A model generated the notes under the pieces. That model was given only the letters and a program-made list of their open reading frames with translations. It made no database searches and was not told where the DNA came from. The position numbers and the translations under genes are program-made. This document shows positions 24,936 through 32,752 of a DNA stretch of 64,000 nt, in pieces (positions within the stretch are counted from its first letter, which is position 1; each line of letters begins with the position of its first letter). Origin of the DNA: Candidatus Komeilibacteria bacterium RIFOXYD1_FULL_37_29 (lineage in GTDB: Bacteria; Patescibacteriota; Patescibacteriia; UBA1558; GWA2-36-10); the NCBI GenBank assembly GCA_001818495.1, contig MHKS01000005.1:466584-530583 (forward strand). Direction: 5' to 3'.

Positions 24936-25829
24936 TTATCGCCGAATGATTGACTTAATCCAAATATCCAATAAATTGGCAAAATCCTCTCTCCCTGCTC
25001 TGATAGACTTTGGTAGTAATGAATTGTTAGTCATACCGGGGATAGTATTGATTTCTAAAAAATATATCTGACTACCAGCTACTATAAAATCCGTTCGACT
25101 AATATGCCGAGCACCCAAGGCTTGATGCATTTTCACAGCTTGAAACTGGAGCTTTTTAGCTAGAGAGCTACTAATCTCCGCTGGACATATTTCATCTACC
25201 AATTTATCATCATACTTGCTTTCATAGTCAAAAAATTTATTTTTAGAACGAATTTCTATCACTGGCAAGGCAAAAGTTTTATTATTTTTATCTATTACCG
25301 GTACTGTTAGCTCTTGACCTTTAATATATTTTTCTATGAGTACCTTATCGCTGTATTTAAGAGCTTGTTTTAAAGCCTGATCAAGCTCTTTTTGCGAATG
25401 GGCTATAGCCACGCCGATGGAGCTACCGCCAGCTAATGGTTTTATTACTAGAGGACTTTTAAATGGTATTTTTTCAAATTTATCCAAAACAATATCTGGT
25501 GCTACCAACAAGCCAATTTTTTTAGCCAGTTGCTTACTCAAATATTTATTCATTCCGACTGCTTGCGCTTCCACATCAGAAAAAATAAAAGGTATTTTTA
25601 AGGTATTTAAAAATCCCTGGATTAAGCCATCCTCCCCGCCTGGACCATGGAAAACCGGTACAACGGCCTGATATTTATGATACTGGGCTAAAAATTTATC
25701 CAGGTCGGCTGGAAAATCAAAAATATCAACCGAGTATTTTTTGGGTAGAGACGAAACTACATTTTTACTAGAAGCTAAAGCTACCTCTCGTTCTGAACTT
25801 TCTCCCCCAGTTAAAATAGCGATTTTCAT
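24936..25829 (-). CDS. ddl: D-alanine--D-alanine ligase.
   Basis: MKIAILTGGESSEREVAL...EINTIPGMT is the ATP-grasp Ddl pattern. Length is 297 aa. Confidence 0.88.
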   Translation of the reverse strand: MKIAILTGGESSEREVALASSKNVVSSLPKKYSVDIFDFPADLDKFLAQYHKYQAVVPVFHGPGGEDGLIQGFLNTLKIPFIFSDVEAQAVGMNKYLSKQLAKKIGLLVAPDIVLDKFEKIPFKSPLVIKPLAGGSSIGVAIAHSQKELDQALKQALKYSDKVLIEKYIKGQELTVPVIDKNNKTFALPVIEIRSKNKFFDYESKYDDKLVDEICPAEISSSLAKKLQFQAVKMHQALGARHISRTDFIVAGSQIYFLEINTIPGMTNNSLLPKSIRAGREDFANLLDIWIKSIIRR

Positions 25830-25832
25830 AAA

Positions 25833-26630
25833 TTATTTCTTAATACTCATGGCTTGAATAGCCAATCCTAAATAAGGAAAAATTTTACTAATGATTTTAT
25901 GCTCAAAATTTAAATAGGTCTTATAAAATTTTAATAAAAATTTATTATTGCTTCTGGCAAAATAATCATAGGTATAAAAATCTTGCACTTGAAAATTGGC
26001 TTGCTGAAGCTGTCTTTTCAAAACCCACGGCTTATAGCTCTCAGCTTCTGGCTCTATCAATTCATTGGCCGATCGATTTGTTTTAAAAAAGCCCAAAAAC
26101 TTAGAAACAATCCGGTTGATAACCCAAGTATAAAAAAATGGATTATAAAGACGCAAAAATTGACTACTTGGTTCACCCAATAAAACAAAGACTCCGCCGC
26201 TTTTTAAAACTCGATAGGCTTCTTGAAAGGTCTTATCAACAGCAAAAAAATGATGTAGCGATCCATTGATAATCACTAAATCAAAATAATTATCCGGATA
26301 AGGCAAATGAGTCACTTCTGAACACTGCAATTTAAGATTGGGATATTTTTCTTTGGCTATTTGAAGCACGGCTTCGGACAAATCAACCCCATAGACCTCG
26401 TCAGATATTTGAAATAAAGAATTGGCCAAACGGCCAGTGCCGCAGCCCAATTCTAAACTTTTACCAATATGTTTATCTTTTAAAAATTTCTTCAGGTTGG
26501 CAAAATTCCAAGCATCTACTACTTTGGCGCTCGGTGGATTGATGTGCCAATCATCATATTGTTTGGCGGTTTTATTGTAATATTCCTTTTGGACTTCCGA
26601 TTTTTGAGAGTATAGGTCTGTAGTCATCAA
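25833..26630 (-). CDS. Class I SAM-dependent methyltransferase.
   Basis: Motif I is LELGCGTGRLANSL. Confidence 0.75.
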   Translation of the reverse strand: MMTTDLYSQKSEVQKEYYNKTAKQYDDWHINPPSAKVVDAWNFANLKKFLKDKHIGKSLELGCGTGRLANSLFQISDEVYGVDLSEAVLQIAKEKYPNLKLQCSEVTHLPYPDNYFDLVIINGSLHHFFAVDKTFQEAYRVLKSGGVFVLLGEPSSQFLRLYNPFFYTWVINRIVSKFLGFFKTNRSANELIEPEAESYKPWVLKRQLQQANFQVQDFYTYDYFARSNNKFLLKFYKTYLNFEHKIISKIFPYLGLAIQAMSIKK

Positions 26631-26638
26631 ATAGCAAA

Positions 26639-28717
26639 TTAGAGGTCTAATTCATTAACTTTTTCCCAAGTATTTTCGTCTAAAACAGCCATATAATCAT
26701 TGGCCAATATATACAAATAATCATTTATATAAACGGCTCTTTTTGCATCTGGTAAGCTAACAGCTTTGACCAGCTCGATCTGATCGTTGGCGTAAGAAAA
26801 GATATAACCACCACTGTAAGAAGGCAAGAAAAATACCTGATGTTTTTCATCTTGCAAGAAAGCATGATGATTATAAAGAGCTTCACTACCATATTCACTC
26901 AAAGAATATTTGCTAATTTCTTTAGGATTACTAGCATCAGCCACATCGAAATAAGAAAGTTTTACATTACCATTTTCCATACCAATACCTAATATTTTAT
27001 TTTCCTTAATTGGATGAAGATATGATGAATAGCCGGGTATCTTGAGTTCCCCCACCATTTTTGGATTTTTTGGATCAGCCAAATTAAGCACATAGAAAGG
27101 ATCAGTTTGTCTAAAGGTAACCAAATACCCCAAATCACCAATGAACCTAGCTGAATAAATACGCTCGCCCACCCCTAAATTTAAAACAGAACCAATAGTA
27201 TTTAAATTTTGATCTAAGACATAAACATCATTGGCCTGTGAATCACTGCCACTCGGTGCCCAGCCCCAAATATCACCAATAGTAGTAGCTACTCGGAGAT
27301 TGCCTTGGTACTCATCCATAGAAAATTGATTTAGAAGATAACCGGGCACAGAACCGCTGGCCGATATTTTCAAATCATTAATATTTATTTTGGCAATACC
27401 GGTGCTAAGAAGGGATCTTTTATTTTTTTCATAATAATTTTCGGCCTTGTTTTGCATGTCATTTTCAAATTTGAGCATGGCATCGTCATCCAAAGAACCC
27501 ATCCACTCATTCATTATAGTTTGTAGTTCACTAAATTTGGACTGACTACTGATGTCATAATCATCTAATTTATTTATTCTAGCCAATAAATCACCAGGAA
27601 TTAGAGTTTTTAGTTCACTATTTATAAAACCAAACATAAAATCAAACATGTCCAAATTTTTGGTATAAGCTACATATAAAGCGTTTTGAGACATGTAAAT
27701 GTTGGCTGTGCCCTGATTGCCAACAAAAGAAATCTTATTATCAATATCGCCAGATTGAGGGTCTAAACTAACGACACTAAAGGTAGAATCCACTTGAATG
27801 GGACTGTTGGGGTGATATATTTCACCGCAGGGAATGGCTAAAACCTGACCAGATTTTAACAATGGACTGATCGGACAGGGATTATAGCGATTTAAATAAG
27901 TTTGAGTAATTAAATAAACTTTATCATTGTATAATCTAGAATTGAGTAAATAAGTATCATCATCTAAATCAATAGTCCATTTTTCTGTAGGTTGTTTTGG
28001 ATTAGAGACATCGTAGGCGACAATTTTTCTATCAGAGAAAACCAATAAAACCTTATCCGCCAAAAGCAAATCTCCAGCCAATTTTATTTCTGAGCTCAAA
28101 GCTAAATCCGTTGGTGGCCAAGCGCCAATCACATTAGTTTTGACATCATTAACATAGCGAGGAGCTATGGAATCAGTTGAATCCATCATAATATCTATTG
28201 GCATTGGTTCTTCTAACCAATAACCACCGCTATTATCAGAAAAATAAATTTGTTGACCATCTGTTTTTAATATATCTGGCTCGTCTATACCAACCACCTG
28301 GACATTGGTACCAGAAAATCTATCCGCTGATCCACTACCCATGCCCGACGGTGCTTCTTTGACAGTATCAGACTCGCCTAAAGGTAAAGAACCATCACCC
28401 AAATTATCAATAGCCATTTGTGGAGTGGCTGTATTTCTAGTTAAACCAATAGAATAATAGGCTCCATCCTCCATTTCTTCTATATATTTTTTAAACTCAT
28501 CAAGAGATTTAAATTTAGAAAATTCATTACTTTTATTTACTTGATATTTACCCGGAATAAGATTCAATGGTGGTTTATTAAAATTATTGGGGGTATCAAT
28601 AGTAGATATTATTAAAACTAGTGCTACGGCTGAAAATAATACCAAGGCTATTAAATAAATCGGAGTAAACCCCAATCTATTTTTAGTTATTTTTGTTTTT
28701 AGCTTTGTTTTTTGCAT
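26639..28717 (-). CDS. Secreted or membrane-anchored beta-propeller domain protein.
   Basis: N-terminal TM helix. The C-terminal region is repeat-rich and consistent with a beta-propeller. Length is 692 aa. Confidence 0.45.
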   Translation of the reverse strand: MQKTKLKTKITKNRLGFTPIYLIALVLFSAVALVLIISTIDTPNNFNKPPLNLIPGKYQVNKSNEFSKFKSLDEFKKYIEEMEDGAYYSIGLTRNTATPQMAIDNLGDGSLPLGESDTVKEAPSGMGSGSADRFSGTNVQVVGIDEPDILKTDGQQIYFSDNSGGYWLEEPMPIDIMMDSTDSIAPRYVNDVKTNVIGAWPPTDLALSSEIKLAGDLLLADKVLLVFSDRKIVAYDVSNPKQPTEKWTIDLDDDTYLLNSRLYNDKVYLITQTYLNRYNPCPISPLLKSGQVLAIPCGEIYHPNSPIQVDSTFSVVSLDPQSGDIDNKISFVGNQGTANIYMSQNALYVAYTKNLDMFDFMFGFINSELKTLIPGDLLARINKLDDYDISSQSKFSELQTIMNEWMGSLDDDAMLKFENDMQNKAENYYEKNKRSLLSTGIAKININDLKISASGSVPGYLLNQFSMDEYQGNLRVATTIGDIWGWAPSGSDSQANDVYVLDQNLNTIGSVLNLGVGERIYSARFIGDLGYLVTFRQTDPFYVLNLADPKNPKMVGELKIPGYSSYLHPIKENKILGIGMENGNVKLSYFDVADASNPKEISKYSLSEYGSEALYNHHAFLQDEKHQVFFLPSYSGGYIFSYANDQIELVKAVSLPDAKRAVYINDYLYILANDYMAVLDENTWEKVNELDL

Positions 28718-28759
28718 ATATTTATTTAAAGATTTTAACTTGTCTATTATACCACAAAA

Positions 28760-29461
28760 TCAATTTCCACCAAAACGACGCTGTCTCTTATTGTATTCTA
28801 AAATAGCTTTATCTAAATCTGCTTCCATAAATTCCGGCCAAGTCTTCTCTGGAAAATAGAGCTCGCTGTAAGTAGATTGCCAGGTTAAAAATCCCGACAA
28901 GCGCTCTTCCCCCGATGTACGGATAATCATATCTGGATCTGGTAGTCCAGCTGAGTCCAAATTTTGACTAATCAATTCCTGATCAATTTTATCAACGGTA
29001 ATTTTCTGAGCCACAATCTTTTTAAAAGCTCTCACTAGCTCATCACGACCACCATAACTAAGACAAATATTTAAGATGCCTCGCTGACCATTCTTAGTTT
29101 TCTCGCGGGCTTTTTTAATAGACTTTTGTAAGTCATGCTCAAAATCTTCCAGTCGGCCAAAAAAATTTACTTTGATACCCCGTTTAGACAATTTGTTTAT
29201 TTCTTTATTAACCAAAATTCTAAACAAATCCATCAAATAGGCTACTTCTTTTTTTTCTCTATTCCAATTTTCTGTTGAAAAAGCATAAACAGTTAAAATA
29301 TCTACACCTTTATCAAAAATATATTCAGCCGTTTTTTTAAGATTTTCAAAACCTAAACGATGTCCCTCAAAGGCTGGCAAACCTTTAGCTTTGGCAAAAC
29401 GGCGATTGCCGTCTAATATTATACCAATGTGTCTAGGAGTTTCCATAAAATTATTATACAT
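28760..29461 (-). CDS. uppS: Undecaprenyl diphosphate synthase.
   Basis: HIGIILDGNRRFAK and the RTSGEERLS motif are present. Length is 233 aa. Confidence 0.9.
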   Translation of the reverse strand: MYNNFMETPRHIGIILDGNRRFAKAKGLPAFEGHRLGFENLKKTAEYIFDKGVDILTVYAFSTENWNREKKEVAYLMDLFRILVNKEINKLSKRGIKVNFFGRLEDFEHDLQKSIKKAREKTKNGQRGILNICLSYGGRDELVRAFKKIVAQKITVDKIDQELISQNLDSAGLPDPDMIIRTSGEERLSGFLTWQSTYSELYFPEKTWPEFMEADLDKAILEYNKRQRRFGGN

Positions 29462-29469
29462 TTTTTATA

Positions 29470-29500
29470 ACAAAAAAACCACCCCAAAGAAGTGGCTTTT
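29470..29500 (-). terminator. Terminator after the second pilin-like gene.
   Basis: Minus strand reads AAAAAAGCCACTTCTTTGGGGTGG followed by TTTTTTTG. The stem is weak. Confidence 0.4.
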
Positions 29501-29512
29501 TTGTGTAGAGTA

Positions 29513-29887
29513 TTATCCAACAACAGTTTGTGCGTATAATTCACTCAATACAAATCTAGATACAGCATAAGCTACTAGTATGATAACCAAACCAACTACG
29601 CCAGCACCAATAAGCTTTTTAGCTTCATCAACCTTATCACTACTGCCATAAGAAGTCATCCATTTGAAACCACCAAAAAGAATAATCAAGGTAGTGAGGA
29701 TGCCTAAGAAACCCAAGATGATATTAACTACACCACCAATGGTGTCTCGAAGCGATCTTGATCCTAAGGCAATATCAGTGTTGGAGAAATCATTAAATCC
29801 CCAGTCATCTAAAGTAGTTTGAGCGTTAGCTGCTGCTGGAGCTAACAACAAAAGAAAAGTTAGTATTTTCTTCATAGAATTATGCAT
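29513..29887 (-). CDS. VirB2/TrbC-like pilin candidate with a Sec signal peptide and two hydrophobic helices. It is a paralog of the upstream gene.
   Basis: MKKILTFLLLLAPAAANA-QT is followed by two TM helices separated by a short polar loop. It is roughly 65% identical to the upstream protein. Confidence 0.5.
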   Translation of the reverse strand: MHNSMKKILTFLLLLAPAAANAQTTLDDWGFNDFSNTDIALGSRSLRDTIGGVVNIILGFLGILTTLIILFGGFKWMTSYGSSDKVDEAKKLIGAGVVGLVIILVAYAVSRFVLSELYAQTVVG

Positions 29888-29932
29888 TTACTAGTTAATT
29901 ATTTAATTAATTATTAATATATTAATATAGCA

Positions 29933-30289
29933 CTAAAATGTTTCGCTGTAAAGCTCACTAAGCACAAATCTGGAAATAGCATAAGCCGTTAAAACAATGA
30001 TTAAACCAATTGCTCCAGCTATGACCACGCCTTTACCTTTTTCACTTTTTTCGGCATTACCACCAGATGTCATCATATTAAATCCTCCCCACAAAATAGC
30101 GACTGTTGTTAATATGCCTAAAAAACCCAAAATGATATTAACTACACCACCAATGGTGTCTCGAAGCGATCTTGATCCTAAGGCTACTTCGGCATCTGTA
30201 AAATCATTATACCCCCAATCGTCTAAGGCGGTCTGAGCATTAGCCATTATTGGTGCTAAAAGTAGTGCAAAGGCTAATATCTTTTTCAT
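29933..30289 (-). CDS. VirB2/TrbC-like pilin candidate with a signal peptide and two hydrophobic helices.
   Basis: MKKILAFALLLAPIMANA-QT is followed by DDWGYNDF, then VVNIILGFLGILTTVAILWGGF, a loop, then VVIAGAIGLIIVLTAYAISRFVL. The ORF-track start at 30325 lies upstream of the predicted TSS, so the Met at 30289 is used instead. Confidence 0.5.
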   Translation of the reverse strand: MKKILAFALLLAPIMANAQTALDDWGYNDFTDAEVALGSRSLRDTIGGVVNIILGFLGILTTVAILWGGFNMMTSGGNAEKSEKGKGVVIAGAIGLIIVLTAYAISRFVLSELYSETF

Positions 30290-30316
30290 AAATAACTTAT
30301 TTTTATTAATACCTAT

Positions 30317-30345
30317 ATTATACACTAATTTTGGATATTTGTAAA
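30317..30345 (-). promoter_or_regulatory. Strong sigma70-type promoter for the pilin-like gene pair: TTTACA, a 17-nt spacer, then TATAAT.
   Basis: The minus strand reads TTTACA-AATATCCAAAATTAGTG-TATAAT. Confidence 0.6.
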
Positions 30346-30361
30346 TAAATTTTGGATATTT
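30329..30361 (-). promoter_or_regulatory. Two direct repeats AAATATCCAAAA spaced 21 bp apart. One overlaps the promoter spacer and the other lies just upstream of the -35; they are candidate operator sites.
   Basis: On the plus strand ttttggatattt occurs at 30329-30340 and at 30350-30361. Confidence 0.4.
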
Positions 30362-30379
30362 TAGCTATAAAATAGCCCT

Positions 30380-30399
30380 TTTGTTCGCTTGGTTCGGGG
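30380..30399. repeat. Copy 1 of a 20-bp direct repeat (tttgttcgcttggttcgggg). It duplicates the 3' end of tRNA-Gln plus the 10 bp downstream of it.
   Basis: Identical to 30475-30494. No intact tRNA is associated with this copy. Confidence 0.6.
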
Positions 30400-30474
30400 C
30401 GCTACGCTATTACGTAGCATCTTAGGTCACTCCGCGCCGTTGGCGGAGTATTCTCAGAAAGAACCTGCACTCAC

Positions 30475-30494
30475 TTTGTTCGCTTGGTTCGGGG
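30475..30494. repeat. Copy 2 of the 20-bp direct repeat, spanning the last 10 nt of tRNA-Gln and 10 nt downstream of it.
   Basis: Identical to 30380-30399. Confidence 0.6.
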
Positions 30495-30558
30495 ACAGGG
30501 ACTCGAACCCCGATTGACGGGACCAGAACCCGTTGTCCTACCATTAGACGATCCCCGA
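30485..30558 (-). tRNA. tRNA-Gln (anticodon CTG) with an encoded CCA.
   Basis: A manual fold of TCGGGGA TC GTCT AATGGTA GGAC A ACGGG TTCTGGT CCCGT CAAT CGGGG TTCGAGT CCCTG TCCCCGA A CCA gives a cloverleaf. The acceptor stem has a U1-A72 pair, which is typical of tRNA-Gln. Confidence 0.88.
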
Positions 30559-30563
30559 ATATC

Positions 30564-32063
30564 CTAAAGCATTTCTCCTCCAAACGTTTTCAATATGTCG
30601 CCTACTTCACTCTCGTTTTTTCCCTTGAAATCCTGATGATTGTGTCGATAATTTGGGTCTACTTCAAAGCTTAGGTCTATTTTTTTACCTAAAATATCAG
30701 CAAAAATAGTTAATAGCTTATCTCGCACCGACAAATTATCTAATTGTTCTTTATGAAAACCATATTCCAAGCCAATAATAAGTAAATTCCGTTCAATTGT
30801 CAAAGGATGACTGGTCTGAAGAATCATTGCTACTGAATGATTAAGAGTTTTAGCATTGGTCACCACTTGATGCCAATTATTTTGTAATTTTTTGATTTCT
30901 GGAGATCCGTCTAGCGGTTTTTTACTCTCTTTTTGAAAATTCTTAAAATCGCTAGTTTTTTCACTAGAGCTATCTTGAGCTAGTAAAAATTCTACGCAAG
31001 TTAATTCCAGTGGTAATTGAACAATTATGGTTTCTTTGATTGATAATTTCTCCAATATTATATTGAGCAACTTAGAAATATCCTCTAACAAAAAATCTTG
31101 GGCATGTTTTTTAATAGCTTGGGTCAAATTATCATCAAAATCAATCACAAAGCTTGGTCCGATAATCTTATAAAGCATTATCTGCCTGATATAGTTGACA
31201 AAATCAGCCATAAAAACCGACAAATCACTACCTTCGTCCACTAAATTATTTATCTGATTTAAAGCTGTCGAAAGATTTTTTACCCGTAAAGCTTCCACCA
31301 AAGAATCCACTGCTTGCCAATTACTACTGGGTAAAACCAAAGAGGCTAATTCCTCCGTTACTTTTCCACCGCTAATAGAAATCACTTGCCCCAATAGAGA
31401 CTCAGCATCTCTGAGACATCCCTCACTGCGTCTGGCAATTTCTGATAAGATGTTTTCTGGCACCTGCACTTTTTCCCATTCTATTATTTCTGTCAGGCGT
31501 TTGATAATATCTTTATTGGGAATTTTTCTAAAATCAAATCTCTGACAACGTGAAATTATAGTTTCTGGAACCTTGTTTATTTCTGTAGTAGCCAAAATAA
31601 AAATTACTTTCTTGGGTGGCTCTTCCAGTGTCTTGAGCAAAGCATTGAAAGCTGATTTGGAAAGCATATGTACTTCATCGATAATAAAGACTTTATAGCC
31701 CTGGCTATTAAAAGGTGGAATTTGAGAATTGGCAATAATATTATCCCGCACATTATCTACTCCGGTATTGGAAGCAGCATCAATCTCTATAATATCCATA
31801 GACCGGCCAGCTAAAATCATCTGACAATTAGCACACTGGCCGCATGGCTCAGCTGATTTTTCTTGACGATTGAGGCAATTTAAAGAACGAGCAAAAAGAC
31901 GAGCCAAGGTAGTTTTACCGGTGCCTCGAGTTCCCACAAATAAATAAGCGTGGGCTAGGTTCCCACTCAAAATTTCATTTTCCAAAGTAATTTTTATCGG
32001 CCTTTGACCGACAACTTCCTTGAAAAATTTTGGTCGATATTTTCTATAGATTACTTCTGACAT
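30564..32063 (-). CDS. dnaX: DNA polymerase III subunit gamma/tau.
   Basis: YRPKFFKEVVGQ is present. Walker A is GTRGTGKTT. The zinc module is CGQCANCQ. Length is 499 aa. Confidence 0.9.
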   Translation of the reverse strand: MSEVIYRKYRPKFFKEVVGQRPIKITLENEILSGNLAHAYLFVGTRGTGKTTLARLFARSLNCLNRQEKSAEPCGQCANCQMILAGRSMDIIEIDAASNTGVDNVRDNIIANSQIPPFNSQGYKVFIIDEVHMLSKSAFNALLKTLEEPPKKVIFILATTEINKVPETIISRCQRFDFRKIPNKDIIKRLTEIIEWEKVQVPENILSEIARRSEGCLRDAESLLGQVISISGGKVTEELASLVLPSSNWQAVDSLVEALRVKNLSTALNQINNLVDEGSDLSVFMADFVNYIRQIMLYKIIGPSFVIDFDDNLTQAIKKHAQDFLLEDISKLLNIILEKLSIKETIIVQLPLELTCVEFLLAQDSSSEKTSDFKNFQKESKKPLDGSPEIKKLQNNWHQVVTNAKTLNHSVAMILQTSHPLTIERNLLIIGLEYGFHKEQLDNLSVRDKLLTIFADILGKKIDLSFEVDPNYRHNHQDFKGKNESEVGDILKTFGGEML

Positions 32064-32066
32064 AAA

Positions 32067-32726
32067 TCAAAGACTAAAATCAAGCTCGTCAGTAGAAATC
32101 TTTTTATGATTATTAATTTTTATAATATTTTCCACGGCTGCCCAACCGCTTTCAGAACCCTTTGGTACCAATATCACTACCTCATCCCCTTCTTCACCCT
32201 TAAAATAAGTGACTGAGGCCATGAGAAGTTTGTATATTTTATCTCCAGCTAAAACTACAAATTCATTGGTATTTCTGTCTTTAATCAAGTGTCCGACTAA
32301 GCGAGCTCTTTCTACTGGTGCTATTTGTTTGAAAATAAATGAACCGTCTAAACTGATAGTTAATTTTAAAATATCCCCTTCGACTAATTTTGATTTTGAA
32401 GCATAATTGGCTGGAACACTATACTGTTTGCCATCTGGACCAATCATTATTTGCCCGTTAAAAACACCTTCTACTACCAAGCCCTCATCACCATCTATTT
32501 GCTTGCCCACTTGAGCGGCTTTTAAACTATAGTTAGCGGCGTCTGAAGAAGTTCGGCCGGTCAATTCTCCTAAAACTTGTTTGGTTTTGGTGAGCTCTAA
32601 TTCTAAATTATATAATAAAGCTTCTAAATCTTTTATTTTTTTTGCTTTTGACATTTTGTTTTTGTTTACGAGCCTTGGTAGCTCTTTTTCCCCTAATAAT
32701 TTACCACAAAAATTGGCTCTTGGCAA
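32067..32726 (-). CDS. Hypothetical protein between dnaX and the fused VirB4-like gene. The likely start is Met25 at about 32654.
   Basis: An ORF with no motif that I recognise. Confidence 0.45.
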   Translation of the reverse strand: MPRANFCGKLLGEKELPRLVNKNKMSKAKKIKDLEALLYNLELELTKTKQVLGELTGRTSSDAANYSLKAAQVGKQIDGDEGLVVEGVFNGQIMIGPDGKQYSVPANYASKSKLVEGDILKLTISLDGSFIFKQIAPVERARLVGHLIKDRNTNEFVVLAGDKIYKLLMASVTYFKGEEGDEVVILVPKGSESGWAAVENIIKINNHKKISTDELDFSL

Positions 32727-32752
32727 TCTAAATTTTTTAGAGAAAAAGTAGC

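Noticed and set aside
29933-30325. Longer N-terminus (MYNIGINKNKLF...) of the first pilin-like ORF, as given in the ORF track
   Set aside because: The mapped -10 element at 30317-30322 lies inside this extension, so transcription would start downstream of that ATG. The Met at 30289 (MKKILAF...) matches the paralog's start.
30390-30470. A second tRNA gene downstream of tRNA-Gln, suggested by the GCCCCGAACCA 3' end
   Set aside because: The minus-strand sequence lacks a T-loop (it has GCTACG-TAATAG-CGTAGC in place of the TTCRANY loop). It has no complementary 5' acceptor strand and no D or anticodon arms. It is a duplicated tRNA 3' fragment, reported as a repeat and not as a tRNA.
32067-32726. 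Possible ribosomal or KOW-like protein call for the 219-aa ORF
   Set aside because: It has only vague glycine-rich beta-strand resemblance and no diagnostic motif. It is left as hypothetical.
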